Shown here one piece after another: positions 26,801-41,800 of a stretch of 64,000 nucleotides of DNA. How positions within the stretch are numbered: position 1 is the first letter of the stretch; every line of letters begins with the position of its first letter. Below the pieces are notes generated by a model. The model saw only the letters and a program-made list of their open reading frames with translations, made no database searches and had not been told where the DNA came from. The DNA comes from Phoronis australis. Its lineage: Eukaryota; Animalia; Phoronida. Where the stretch lies: contig NMRA01000183.1 of assembly GCA_002633005.1 (NCBI GenBank), positions 153,640 through 217,639 of the forward strand, in the 5' to 3' direction. A program made the position numbers and the translations under genes.

Positions 26801-29800
26801 TTTTCTCATGCTATTTTGCAAGTGTCACGCGCCAGGTCACGCGCCAGATCTCGCGCTTCGCTCAGTCTCGCGCTAGCCTTTGCCTCATACTCACCTGACT
26901 CAGTTGAAATACTTGATTGTGGTAATCGCGCGCGCGGACAAAGTTAACAGTAACAACAAAGTGGAGTTGGAATTCTTCGCCTAAGTCACCTGAATTCCCG
27001 TATATATGCTTCATCGAAGATATGTTTAGAAGCAGAAAGAGTCACTGAAGAAAGTAAGAGCCTTTTAGGTGCTAATTTTAGGTGTAGAATGTATTTTCGA
27101 CGAGGTGAAAACTTTACCAGTGAGCGGATTTCGCCTACCGCCCGTTTAAAATACACGGGACGAAATTAGTACAGAACGCGATAGAACGTATTGTAGTGCG
27201 AATCTGAAGTTCATTTGCCATAACAGCAATGCTTTTGGACATTTTCGAACTAAACGACTAAAAACTCGAAGACAATAACAGAATACACTCTGCTACCGTA
27301 TTGGGCGAATGACCAAACGACAAGCTTTTGCCCCACTTCCCGTGACGTCACAGTTAAGTCTCACATAATCTCGCGTTATTGTTATAAACTCGCAAAAGGC
27401 CTATTGTTTTGTATCAAACTGATAAAATGTCTCTGAGCAAAAGTGATTACCGTAAGAACAGTGATTTGGTTTTCTTTGATTTTAAAGATCAACATCACTG
27501 TAAAAATGGTGCCGATCTGTTACTGGTGCAAAGGTGTTTACCCTTTCTACTTTGTTTCTGTTTTTGGCAGAATTTTTTTAATTATACAAACTTCATTTTC
27601 TGTCCCTGTTTTCTTCACTTTACAGTGAAAACTTATGGCACATCTTAAGGCCTGTGTGTGCTGGATAGTTCATCCTGCCTCAAGAAACTTTGATGTGTGT
27701 TTGGTCTCTTTCATGTGCTTGCATGTGACCCAGCACTTGGCTAATCTTGACTGTCATAATATTATGTCTTCACATCACTTCACAGTAAAATATCAACTTC
27801 ATGTAGGCCAGGTTTAGACTAAGTGCTTGGTGCCACTCTCTGCAGGTTGTCTAGGTGATGTCTGCTGACATATTGGATAATGGACTGTCCTCCAGCCCTT
27901 CAAAACCTTTATTATGCTAATATCACACCAATTTTTCCATGTTTTCATTTTAAAAATATTTGTTGCACCAAGAAAATGCCTAAAACACCTGATTTCTCGC
28001 TCACTACTAATATAAAAGTGGTCTCAAATTATTCTTCAGTGGGGAGAATGATTTCCAGCCTATGTAAGAACTAACAGTTTCTTATTTCATCAGACAAAGC
28101 TCATAGGGTCACAGCGTGATCTGAGGTGTTATGAGTTAGGTCTGAAAAAATAAGAAACTGTTAGTTCTTGCAGAGCTCAACCATCACTTCTTGAGTAAAA
28201 AGATATGTCCTATGCCGGCTGCACTAGTAAGTGGCCTAAATCAAAGTGTATTTAAAAAACAGGGGTTTTAATGTCCTTAAATTCTATTCTATAGATACCA
28301 TTATTTTAATGTTTTGAGAATGTGTGACAATTCACTACATATTTGTCAAAAGCCTTTGGAAAATCAAATAAAAGACATCTTTGTCAATTGTTATTGCCCC
28401 CATTGTTAAGACTTTACTGTAAGATTTCATGCATATTTCACTGATGGGTGCATGTTGGACACTGTCACAGCTGCAAGTTTTGCAACACTTGTGATTTTAT
28501 GAATTTTCAAGTGGCCATTGCTACAGTAGGGACAAAACTGGTCATCGGTTGGCAGCAAATTCATTGGCCATTGGCCTGATGTGCAGAAGTTTTCATGAAA
28601 ATAAACGGGGCAGACTTAAGCAGAATTTTGTTAGATTCTGCCAAACGTAGGCCATCGCCCTGCCAGAATTATTTGGAAATTCAATTAAACCTTTGTACCA
28701 TCAAAACGGCATTTTTGTCGAACTTTAGTCCCAGTGTAGTAATGTGCTGTTACTCAGTGCCTTGCTGCCTGCTTTGTTAATTTGTAAAAGAAATTGAAAG
28801 TCAAGTTGTTGTTATTTCAAATGGTGTGTGGTGTTACACCTGTCAAGATTATGTTGACAATTTGCAGAATTCAAATAATTTCAAGTTGAAGTGAAATTGA
28901 TATTTAGTTATGGTTTTGTTCATTAAAAGTTTTCTACCCGTACCTGCTGTCTGTTGTACTCATTGACAGTAATGCACAGGAGCTCAGAAGAACTACATTT
29001 TGCTCAACTGTTTATGTTTTGAAAGTGCTGACATCTTATTTACTGACATCAGTTTTTTATTTACAAGCAGTTAAGTTACAAGTGTTCTCTACACGTGAAA
29101 ACCCAAATGTGTGTGGGGGAAGGGCATTGAAATGTATCACAAGAAGAGGCAAACGGATTGCAGTGACATGTTTGATCAATTGAAAGATGCCCTGAACATT
29201 GCTGATTCTATTATCAGACAATGGAGGAGGTACATTGTTATTCATCCAGTTGAAGTTCTAGGTGGGACCCATAATTGTTTGTATCTATCTATATGCCATT
29301 GGAATATTCCACACTTCGCTCAGGAGCTGCAGCTAATACACTGACATAAAGTTATGAGCCATAGGAATATTTCACATCCTGTTCATGGTTTGCCTCTAAC
29401 AGGCTGTCATCAATTTATGAGCTATTGGAACTTTCCACATCTGTCTCCAATAAGTTCAACTATAATTGTCACAACTGTGATATGGCATTGGTGTTTGTGA
29501 TGTTTCATGATAATGATGAGGGAAATTCAGATATTTGTGTTCAGCTGCTGACTTATCAAGCTTGTTTGTGTTCTTACTTACATAACAATGACAATAGTGA
29601 AAGTAAATAGTAACTTGAAACAACACTTCATGTTTGCATGTTTTGCTGTTCCATTTCGACTTAAGATTGTTGGCTTTACCAATCAATACTTTCTTTTGTT
29701 TTTTACATTCAAAACACATAAATGTCCTTGTGAGGTTAGACTGTAACCCAAGTTGTCAGATAATAATTACTTATCAACCATTGTTTGTTTTTACTGGACT

Positions 29801-32800
29801 GGTAGTTTATTCATACCAGAGTTGAGTTTCTGTACTGGTGGTCTCATTATTAGATTACCCATAGCAATGCAAAAGACGTGGGTATTGCTGTGCTTATTCT
29901 AGTAAAATAATGAGCCTTTTTTATTTAGGAGTGTTTTTATGGTGGTGAATTATACTATTTTCGTTTACTGTTGACCCTTTGCAAGAATTGGTCCTTGTTA
30001 AAGAAAACAATCCAGACTTAGACTAAGGCCCTGTCCTCATGGTTGTGTTGTTATTTGAAATAATCAATCACTGCATAGCAAATCAGATGCTAAGTTAACA
30101 TATTTAGTGGTATTAGTGTTTTTGTGAATAGCAAAATGAGCACTAAAGTGCGTGAAAAATCTTTTAGAATATGTAAAGAAAAAGTTGTGATTTCCAAGCC
30201 CAGTAAACTCTGACGCACTTCCTAAAGTCACTAATGGTTTCAATGTTCTTATTGGTAACTGAAGTAGAATGGTGTCACAGTAAGGAGCATTATGAGGCTG
30301 ATTTAATGGTAGTAAACTACCTAATGCCATTTTCATATTTGCTCAGCTAAACAGGGTGAGAACTAGCTTATCATTTTGGAAGCTATTCATAAGTTTGACG
30401 TTTTTTCTTGCAGGCAAATTGCGTTAGCGGATGTGCTTCTTTTAAATAAAACAGACCTCATGGAGAAGCCTCAACTGCAAGACTTGAGTAAAACAATAAG
30501 GTTTGTACTTTTGTTACGGCTCATTTAATGCTAATAGATGGGATTGTAGTCACTGAACAGCTGAAAGTAGTCAACTTTTGGTTAGTTGGGCATAGCTTGA
30601 CATAGTGAAGCAGTGTTTGTACTAGTTGTCCTGCGTGATATTCAGCTCTGCTTGTGTTTCATTTCAGACACTTGTTGTAAATAGCTGTTGAATGCCCTTT
30701 GTCAAATCTTTTATGTTACATAGGATTTTAAGAAATTATCCAAGTGTGGCTAATAACTTCTAACTTCATATCTCAGAAATGGACACTTTTGCAAGAGGAG
30801 CTATTAAAATAGTACTTTCAACTGTGTTGTGAGAATTTTTTTGCTGCATCAAGTGAAAACAAAATGATTATTAGAAAACTGCTGCAGTGTCTGAGATTTT
30901 GTCTTGAATATAAAACAAAATTTGGTCATGTTATGGATGCTTTTGTTATGCTGTGAAAGTTTCTTTCTGTCTAAATTTTACTAACACGACTCAGACAATG
31001 GCGACTTTGTATTTTCAATAAATGTATTTCCCTTCCAGGGTTATATTTTATAGTTTTGTCCAGATATTTGGTTGATTGCCCAGACTTGTCAGTAAAATCC
31101 TACATTTCCTTGATTCAACTTTGACTTTATCTTTCAGCTCAATTAACAGTGTTGCAAAACTTGTTCCCACTGTGAGGAGTCAGTAAGTATCAAACAACTC
31201 TCTGCATTGTTTTTACTGTAAAAAGTCCAATTTAGTTAAGAGTTCTGGAGAACAAGTGGATTTTTAATTTTATAATTTTGTCTAAAATATAAGCACGGGA
31301 GTGATTTTGTTACTACCATCAAGTTCTCTGACTTTCAGATGTGTCTCCGTACTGTTGCTATGACTCCTTGTGGCCATTTTGCGTAACTACCAAGTCCATT
31401 GGAGGAATGTCATGAAACTTTTATTGGTGCATCTCTTTAAAAAGGAAGTCAGAATTGCCCATTTTGGCAGAGCTCCTGCTAACGTTCTCTACCCCCACTA
31501 GCAAATTTAGTATTTTGGTGTTTGTTTGGCATTCACCTTTCAATCCGTATAGATTTTGGTAAATCTTAACGCAAATGTTTTTTTTTTCGAGACAGAAACC
31601 TAGCTGGTGTTTATTTTTAGACAGTTTTGACTACTGCTATATGTCTTAGTGGCAATGTATAAATTTGCAGGGAGTGTGAGTATGACCAATCTATATGTCT
31701 TAGTGGCAATGTATAATTTTGCATTTTCCAGGTGTGATGTTTATGAAATTTGGCAGATAATGGTTTATTCAGGATAGAAAAGCACTTATCCCTGTTTGTC
31801 CAATGTCAACTAGTGCTGCGCTCGATAGGGAGGATTTTATTAGTTTAATAATCAGTTTCGGTGTCCACCTCTGTCTACCAAACCCTTTGAAGAATGATCA
31901 TGGCAAATGGGTTAAGGTGAACAAGACTGGCATCGATTATTGGATGCTGTAGTGCCCTCTAGTGGTAATCTTAAGTTTCTTTGCAGCAATGTCAATGTGT
32001 ACCAGGATACATTTGCCAGTTTTCGGCCAAGTCCATAGATTTAAATTTGAGCTCATTCATGGATTTCAGTCCAGAGCTTTAAATGGTGTAAGAAGGTGCA
32101 GACTGTGGCTGCAGATCAACACTCGGCATTACTCTTGTAGACTGTGGCTGCAGATCAACACTCGGCATTACTCTTGTTTGTCTACTGAGTCTTTATGTCA
32201 GGAAACTTTCATGTTGCCATTTAATGTTTGCTTGGGATCTACCGTATGAAGAGTTGTCAGTAAGCAAGATTATATGTTATACCAACAATGAAAAGTGTGA
32301 GCGCAATAAAAATATGTCGAACCGATGCTGTCCAGCAAATTTCAAAGTGATCAAATTATTTTTTGGGAACCAGATTTTCCATCACCATTTGTAGTAATCA
32401 TGTTAGCAGCACTAGTAGTTTTAGTAATACTAGCAGCGGTAATAGTTGCCTTGCAATGTGAATCTTGACGAGAATTACAAAATACATATAGAAACGGTCT
32501 ATTGAAGGGTTCATTGTATCTAGCTGACCATTTCTTATTATAAATCTTCTCGCTAATTAGATGGTTTTCATAATGGACAGTTCTCCAGTTTCACAGTTTT
32601 GCTTAGTAAACCACTCGCTGTCACTCTGTCATTCATAACTTGACATGTCTTTTGTCAAGGCTTGTTTTATTACCACAAAATCCATTCGTCTTTGAAAACA
32701 AACTCGCCACTTGAACAAAAATGCTTTTGTTGGAAAGTGAAACATTTTTGTTGACACGTTTGAAAATCGAATACTTTTCGGATGTTCAAGGGTTACTTGT

Positions 32801-35800
32801 AATAGCATTATTGAAGTTCACCCGCGTACATTCTACATACTCCAGAAAATGTGTTTGCTCTGAGAGTTGAAGTGGCATAAAATCTATCCTCCTCTGTTTG
32901 TCTTAAACACTGTGCTACTGAGAAAATAAATACATTTGTTAAACTCTTCAATACAATGCAGAATTGACAAACATAGAATTGCCTGTGAGCAATAAGTAGT
33001 GTTTAAATATGCACACGCAGATTAGAAGGTTTCTTTGGGAATATCAGATTGCTGTATATCCATTGGAGTGACAATTTACAACTAACATTTATTTAAGGAA
33101 TTTATCCACTCTTATTTTATGAGTTAAGTGTAAAAGAAAAGACAAATTCTCTTAATGTGATGTTAATTATTATTTCTCAGTGCCTCTATGTTTTAGAGTG
33201 AAGCTAATACAGTCACTTATATGTTTTTGCCTGTACCTGTAAATTTCACACCCATTATGAAGTGACTCATATCAAGGATTTATTTCTACAGGACTGGTGT
33301 TTGTTTCTGTTTGTGTTCAACAATTAGGGTCCACTATCACTAGTGTTTCTGTTTGTGTTCAACAATTATGGTCCACTATCAGTTTTTTCAACTGAAATTA
33401 AGTTGGAAGTGTTTGTCATTTTTTTGTTTCTCAGAATATAAATCGGTAAATAAAACAACAAGAATGGATCAACTGAAATTTGAAATTTTCGAATGTAATA
33501 ACTTCCTTTTTTTCTGTTTTTGTTGACGAAGGAAGTTATTACATCCGAAAATTTCAAATTTCAGCTGATCCATTCTTGTTGTTTTATTTACCGATTTATA
33601 TTCTACATTTCATGAAACAATAGTATCCTTGGGAGGATCTGGATCACCTTATTTAGTTTCAGATTTATTTTCTACGTTATTTGTTTCTCTTAACCCACTA
33701 TTCCGTGGATGTAAATTTGTCATCACAGACCACTTGTACTTCTGTCTTCTGGTTGGCTTAATCATGGCAAGGTAACTTCTGGTATAATGTAATACTGCAC
33801 AAAAAATATTACTTGAATTCTTATTTAATGCTTCCTGTTCTAAAATATTTTTTAACCCTCAGAAGCTGCTTGTCTTTGATGTACCACTCTGTTCTAAAAG
33901 TGGTCTAACCCGTTGATAACTCAGACAACGAATGGGTTCTGGGTTTGGAAACAACTGAGACAATGTGTTATTACCTGAGACAATATGTTATTACCTGAGA
34001 CAATGTGTTATTACCTGAGACAATGTTTTATTATCTGAGACAGTGTGTTATTACCTGAGACAATGGTGCATAAAGCCTGCTGTCCATCTTGTTTAGCCAG
34101 GTCTGAGCAATAACTAATGGGCAGTTCTTTCCTAGCTCAGAATTCACTTGTGGTTTGTGTAAGCAACAAGATGGGACCAGTATTACAATGGGAAATGGTT
34201 AAAATTGAGTTCTTTTTGAAGCGCAGTTAACAGTAGCTTTAAATAAAAATGTTTTTAATAACCGTAGGTCTTTTTGATTTTACTGTGAGGTCAGAATATG
34301 GTTGTGGTTCAATGAGTTTTTGTCATACTTTGTTGAATAAATGTGTAGACTATGAAGACTAAGTCGACTTTGATGAAATGGCAAAGTGGACCTCAACTTT
34401 TAATACCACAAATGACTTAAAGTTAGTTCATAAAGTTTTTCGAAACAGTTTGTTATTTGATCATTTTTGAACATTCCTGTTCAATCTCAGTTGTTGTCTT
34501 TAGGTGTGACTTGTCGTACATTTTGGACCTCGAAGCTTATAGCGAGAAAGCCAGCTACAGGTAAGATGGTGGTTCTTGTTGCGGCACAACCAACTGTATT
34601 TTAAAGTTCTGGGAGGCTGTGAAGCTCCTGGGCATTACAAATGCCTACACTTTGATTTCAACTCCTGACAACATCAAAATCAGATATCATTTTAGTCTAT
34701 TGTTAAGCATTCCTGTGGTCTTCTGTCCATGATCAAGGTATGCTGACCAATTATCTATCACAGTTCATACACTGTTCAATTATCTATCACAGTTCATACA
34801 CTGACCAATTATCTACCATGGTTCAAGGAATTACACTTTAACCATTAAGGTTGAACTACTATCCTCATTAGTACCTGAGGACCAAGACCCATTAATGCAA
34901 AAATTTTGGCTAATTTTTATGGTACTTCTTCTGTTGGAAATAATCCTTACCTAATAATTCACAAGACATTCCAATTTCTAATGCCATATAGTTTGAAAAA
35001 TCACCAGTTTCACTGTACAACATGTCATGTTATTTTGACCTGTGTTTTATTGATGTGGCAAGTAGTGTGCTGTTCTCCACACAAAGGGTCCTAGATCAGT
35101 GTTCCTCATAAACTGGCTTCTTGAGGATTGCAGTAGCTGTGCCAACTCGTTGACAAAATACAAGTCTCAGAGTTTCTAATATGCACATTCTTTGTTGTCC
35201 ATTGATTTGTGTTCATCCTGTGGCATGTGACTGAATTTCGGAAAGTCACTCCATCCAAGAAGACTACATGTATTTAGTAATGCAGGCTGTTCTGAATGGA
35301 TAATACAAAATTTGGCGCCATCGTTAGGCATTCAAAATAAAGTATAGACACTAATTACTATTTGATAATTGGCCTGCATGTACTGAAGCAGTTTACAGAT
35401 CCCTTCTAAGTCATGTTTTACTGTCTAGGGACCCAAAACACATGTAGACCAGGTGAACATGTTTACAAACTAATTATTCCTGGGCAAATACATAATTATA
35501 ACAAATCCAACTTGTGCCACATGGAAACTATAACTATAATAAATGCTAAATGTTCCAAATCATGTAATGAGCCACACAGACAGAATCCATGATAAGATCC
35601 CCCACCGGGAGAAGTTGTAAATGATTTCTTAATAGGTCAATGAAGGGCTTTGAAGTTTTGATAAGCAGCCTAATTACAACCTAGGCTGCCCTGTGCAACA
35701 CCTCTGCTCCAGTAATACACCTACCTGCTCCTCTAGCCTACTGTGTGAATGTTGTCATAAACTGTTGCCAGTTCCCTAGGTGATGATTCACATTGTTTGT

Positions 35801-38800
35801 CTTTGCTAATTACTGCTAATTGTGAAGACCTCTTCCTGAGCTGAATCCTGTTTTCTATTTGCTCACTGACCAGAAATGTTTGGTGCAGACTCTTCTGTCT
35901 CCACTCTTCACTTCTATTATTCCAGGGCCTGGGATTTTGTTTCACAGTTTAACTTTAATTCCAACTGTGCCTCAACTCCAGATACAACTCAACTGATGTG
36001 CATTAGGCCTGCTGCGTGATAGGTCTCAGCTCTTTGTAGTGAGGCTCTGCTCAACTGTGATAACAATTTTGTGTACAAGTATTTTTGTATCAGCGCAAAT
36101 TGGAGTTGGAGACTTTCAGATTTGTGTTGTGTACGATTATATGGATTGACGATTGTATGGATTGACGATTGTTTGGATTGACACTAGTGATGTGGTCATG
36201 GAAGTTTTTCAAAGTGAAAACTAAAAACTCATATATCCTTTTGGGTAGTTGATTCTTTTGTAATTATGGCATCTACTGTCGGGATTGTGATTTTTATGAA
36301 ATTCAATTGAAACATTTTAAGTTGGTTTATCTGTGGTTTTGAATTGTATGGGATTGAAACTATGTTTTCACATTCTTGGAATTTTTCAACAAACTGGTCT
36401 TTTTTATTCTACAAAATAAAGTTTACAGGAAAAGAATTTTGTTTTCTTATGGACAGGTCTTTCCTGGGGACATTGATTAAAATTTTCTGCAATGGTTATG
36501 GGAGATGGCAAGGACATGTTTACAGAGATCTGAGATGAAGCATTTTAGTGCACTGCAGTAAAATTCGTTTTTATTTGAATTTATGCATCTTATTCACCAA
36601 ACTCGAGTCCAGCAATTTTAACTGCTAAAAATATCATTTTCATTTGAATTCCCATATCTGCATTAGAGAGAAGAAAAAGTTATTGAAGGCTGTAATGAAG
36701 CGTCTCCAGTATGTCTTTGATGATTGTCAGCTGTCTGTGTAGAGTGTGTAGTAGAGTTAAACTCATCCAAGGCTCTTAACAAATTGATGAAAATGAAAGT
36801 GAGCGGAGAGCATTGTGATTAAGTGGTAATATAATTGTTTGTCTCATTTAAAATATCTGTCAGATGAGATGGTATAAGTATGAGAAGAACCCACTGTTTA
36901 ATATTGATTCCTTCATTTCATTAGATAAATGTAATGGTAATAGTCATAACTGCTGCCTCTAATCACAGTGTGGGTTCTTTATCCTAGTAAGTAGTGGTTG
37001 CTTTTAATTTTTACTGAAAACTCTGAATAATTCATGATGGTGATTTTGATTACTCTCTGCTCAACTGCATGAATTTTGTATGGTTTTAAAACCAATCATG
37101 TTAATGTTGACAGTGCCATGTTACCAGGGTTTGTCTGCTACCATGTGATAAACACACCAGTACATTACGGATGTCTTGGAACATTTGCATTGGGTAAAGG
37201 TTATGTAGCACCTTAATGATAAATCTCTACATTTTACCAAATATCTACACAACTCTAGAATTTAAATCAACAAAAAAGTAAATATTTTCTGATAATAGAA
37301 ATTACATAGAAGTTGATTTTTGGCTTAATACCAATCTGCCACTAGGTCAGGTGGTCAGGTGGTCAGGCTTTTTAATATTAAAAAGATCAATGTAAATCTG
37401 CAGTAATATAACAGAATCATAAGATGATCAAATTTCATTTGATATAAAGGTTTAAGATAAAATGCCCCAAACACTGTTGAAGTTTTACAAATTATCGTTT
37501 GGATTTTGTTTTATGCAGCTTTTTCCATAAAAATCATACAAGTCCTATTTTTACAGCCCCTCCTGCAAAATTGGAGCATTTTAAAACCAATTTCAAACAG
37601 TGTTTTAGAGAACTGGGCATAAAGCATTGTTCTTAAAAACGTTTCGTATGAATTCCACCAGCCTTTCTTGTGATGTTGCCAAGTTGGCCAAATTTGGCAA
37701 TTTTTCTATGGTCCTACATAACCTTTAAGGTGGGCAATACATTGCTTGTGTTGATGAAATGAACCCGTCTACCTTCATAACAACACTTGATAACCACACA
37801 CTAAACTTATTCTCTTTTTTACTTTTTAATCAGCAGCTCATTGGTTCATGCTGTACATTGGTATCTTAGTTATTCCAACTTGACATGTATGTTTCATCTC
37901 CATATTGTATAGTCACTTGTATTATCCTAATTGTTCATGAACACTTTCTTGAGTAACAATTTATAATTATCACATTTAAAGATTTCTGAATACAAATTAA
38001 AATTAAGTGAGCAAAAACAGATATTATAAGTAATAGCCTGTTCAAGAAAGAGGAATAAACAAATGACATTGAATTGCTGATTATGAAAAAGAAATTAATA
38101 TGTCTCATGTGGTGATCAGTTATCTCTTATGTAACATTTTTCAAAATTTCTTATTATTAAAGTTCCTGATCAGTTTGGATCCATGTTAACAAGCAAAAAC
38201 TGACCTTAACTCTTGTTTTATAATTTCAGTGTGGAAGAGGCACTTAATCTGTCAAAGTTCCCTATAAGAGGAACGCATATACCTATCGTAAGTGTTGATG
38301 GGCTGTTTGTTGTTGGTTGCTTTTTCAATCACACCTCTTGTCCCCAAATTCTGGTATGGACAACCACACTGGCAGACCACCGCTCAAAGTTAACATGTGA
38401 ATATTTGTATTGGAATGTCATCTTAACCATTCTGGAAAGTTATGAGGTCGTGTGGCGTTGCGCTACATGTCGTTTGAACACTGTTTTAAAACATCTAGGA
38501 TTATAATGTGAAACAATCCTTGGTGAAAACAGTTGTAGAATGATGTTTCATTACTTCTAGTGAAAACCAATAGGGGGACTACTGTTGAGCCTTTGAGTAT
38601 ACAGGTATTGTTTGAAGTTGCACCTCTATACGACCAGAAATAGGGAATTCCTTAGAATAAATTGTAAGTCTGTGTCCGGACACGTACATGTAATAACCTC
38701 GTAGGATTGACTGTCAGGCTTTCTTGCCCAACCTTGATTCCTTTCAGGCTCTGTGGGATCTTGTGCCTTTGCCTAAGTTTTCAGAATCTGTTCTCAATCA

Positions 38801-41800
38801 GCAGCCAGGGTCTAGCTAATTTGAAGCTAACCAGTTAGAAATGGTCATCGTTTAGCCCTGACACGGGACCACCTTTTTGCATTTGTTTAGTAAATGACTG
38901 ATATTTTGTCTATTTTCTTAAACCAACCTGCAATCACTTAACGCCGCCTGAACCCGAGCGAATACGCCTGCGTAGTAGCCCGTGATTGTTATGGGAAAGT
39001 TATATCGCTTTGTTTTTAGTAGAATTATCGCGTGTTGTTTTTGCCAGAAAACGTTTCACGTTGACGCGAGCCGATTAGTGTCAAAAAGCGCTCTCGGCTA
39101 ATCGACTTCTGTGACTGGAAATTTGTGGCCTGATCTTACGTTTACAATACAGGTGCGAAATTAGAAAAAAAACTTTGCTGTTTTGTGCATGTCAGTGATT
39201 TGATTTAATTGTCATTTCCTCGCATATAACTGTGCCTTGTTGGTCCAGTTTCTTTTATAGAAATAATTACGGATTTAAACATTTAAAGTGCTTAGTTCCA
39301 AGGCCTGTTTCGACCTCATATACTCTCTGGTTTTTGAGTCATTAATCCTCAGTGTGCCTCAGTGAAGTTTCAAATCGCAAATGTGTTCTGCTCGGCAAGT
39401 GTTTAACTGCATATACTTCTGAATGTTATTAAGTTTGCGTCTTTTGTGATGAAAAATAATGTTTGACATTTAAAACTCCGGAGTCGTTTGCTCTGTTCTT
39501 AATTTGTGTATCGTTTCTGGTTTCAACGTGTCTGTGTCCAGTTAAAAATGATAACATACAAACTGCACTGTTCATGGATTGAATTATACGGACCACCACC
39601 ATTGACAGGGCATTGACAATATTGTTGGCTTTCTACAATTTGCTTTTTTCATGATACTTCCACTCTGTTGACTATTAGTCCTGTGCACTACCCTTCGCTT
39701 TTTTGTATTCACATTATTTTTAATTTCCTTAAAGTTAGATCTTTACTGAAACATTTACCATGCGGTGACAAAACTCAACCTTCGAGGAGACTGATGTCTT
39801 TGTGTATTATTTCCGTGTCGACAAGCGCATCTCATTCATAACATTGCGCTGTTAGCGATACAGTTACTGTGAATTCAGGTAACACTCTTTTTTAAAGTAA
39901 ACTTGGGTCCTATGTGTACATCGAGGAGTCAGAATGGTCACCTTCAAATTAATGCGGCAAAAAGACGTGTTCCATCACAAACAAGCCACTTTCTATTTGG
40001 ACCAGTTGCCCGTATGCTAATGATCTCCAACTGTTCTAAAGCCAGATTGGAGGTAATTTCGAGGACGCAAAAGGACGAGTAATTCTCGTTATTGCTCGAG
40101 ACCAGGCTGGGTTGTAATGGCGTGTCATTTTATTGTGGCGCGCGTGGTCTTTGTAATCGGGAATTCTCACCTGAGTAGGCCTAAGGAACAAGTTGAGAGC
40201 AATTTTAAGTTACGCCAAAAATCATATTTATGCGCTCCATTCCGACCACAGAAAACAAGAAATGTTAACTTTGTCGTATTTCACGTCTCGATTTTCGTGA
40301 GGTTCGCAAAATTAATTTAAAATTCTAAAAGGGTGTCCCATGATAGTAATCATATCACCTAAACAACTGTCGTGAGTGAATCGCAAAACAATGTTCTTAT
40401 TACTATATGTAGTTTAACAAAAATTTCAGTCCTTTGCGAAGATACAAGGATGCTGCTTTTGCGCGTTTTTTACTTATAATAGGTAAACAAAGCACCAAAA
40501 CCGTGGGGGTGTAAGGTTACTATTTTCCAAGTCCTCGTAGGGGGTCTCATGGCCTATGTATAAGGAACAAGTCTGTACTATGCTCTTAATTTTTAATCCC
40601 TCACTTGTTTGAGAAATCGGTCTATTGGAAAGTCCTCAAAATTATTTTTTCACCGTCTCGTCTTTGCTGTAAGTTTTAAGTGTTGGCCGTGAATGTACCA
40701 TATACCGCTGCATTATCGCGTATTTACATTTCTTCCTAGTTTCGGTCGGTATCGTTAGTAACTGCACTCGACTGGCTCCCATCTGTCCTCCGCTTCTTCG
40801 AATTGTGCAGTTGGACGTTGAACAATTTTTCGATACACCGTCGCTCAGCGTCGCCAGTTTACTGAGAAAACGTATGTCGGCGTTGCACCTGTTCTAAGCT
40901 CATTCAGTCGACATTTTTTGTTGTAAACGGATTTGGCCCACTAATATCTTCCACATTGGCGCGTGGTGCTCGAGTTTGCACAACAAATTGAGACTGGTTA
41001 AAAAGTGGCAAATATTTAGCGGTAATGAACGCTGAAATAACAACAGCGTTTACTGTAAAAACAGCTCCGCCTTTCGACATCGGCACCAGGTCAAAGGTCG
41101 CCACTCGTCTGGTTTGGTAGCGGCCTGCTGGGACGCTTATTTTGATACTGAAAATTTCGAGAAAAAAGAACCACGCCTGCAATTATTCATTACAGTGGTA
41201 CTTCCTGAATTGCTGGTGGTCATTGGCCATCAACAGAGTGAATGGTTTTATTTATATGCTAAACTACACGTGTTTTGGTTATAATCACTTAAAGGGATTC
41301 AGTTTTCTCCTGTGAGTAACAGGCATCAAGCTGTCTCTCAAAATCCGGGACCCTGTGACTTTTCCCTGTGGTTTTACAGTGCATAATGTTACTGCTGAGG
41401 TTGCTGCATCGAGCAAGCACTATATCGATGACGTCACAAAGCCAAGTGAAAATGCTCACTCTGTGCACCAACGGAGGCTAATGAACACCCTATGCGTGTA
41501 CTTAAATTTTTTATACCACAAGCACGATATCGACGACGTCACATGACCGAGTGAAAGTGCTTACTCTGTGCAACAACTGGGTACTAATGAACACCCTGTA
41601 TAAAAGCACGTATTACATAGTAATTAACCCGCGTTTCTTCGCCGATTCTATTTTTCCCGTCCAGTAAGTGTGTCCGGTGACCAGCACATTTTGGGTCATT
41701 TACACGGACACGTGGCATTTTACCGTTATACTTATGCATTGGGCGGTCGTGTTGAGACGTACACGAGGTAAAATTATATATTCATTACCAGACCAAATAA

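Noticed and set aside
34696-34737. AG...GT bounded candidate exon after 34560
   Set aside because: In-frame TGA in the required phase and no similarity to ZNG1.
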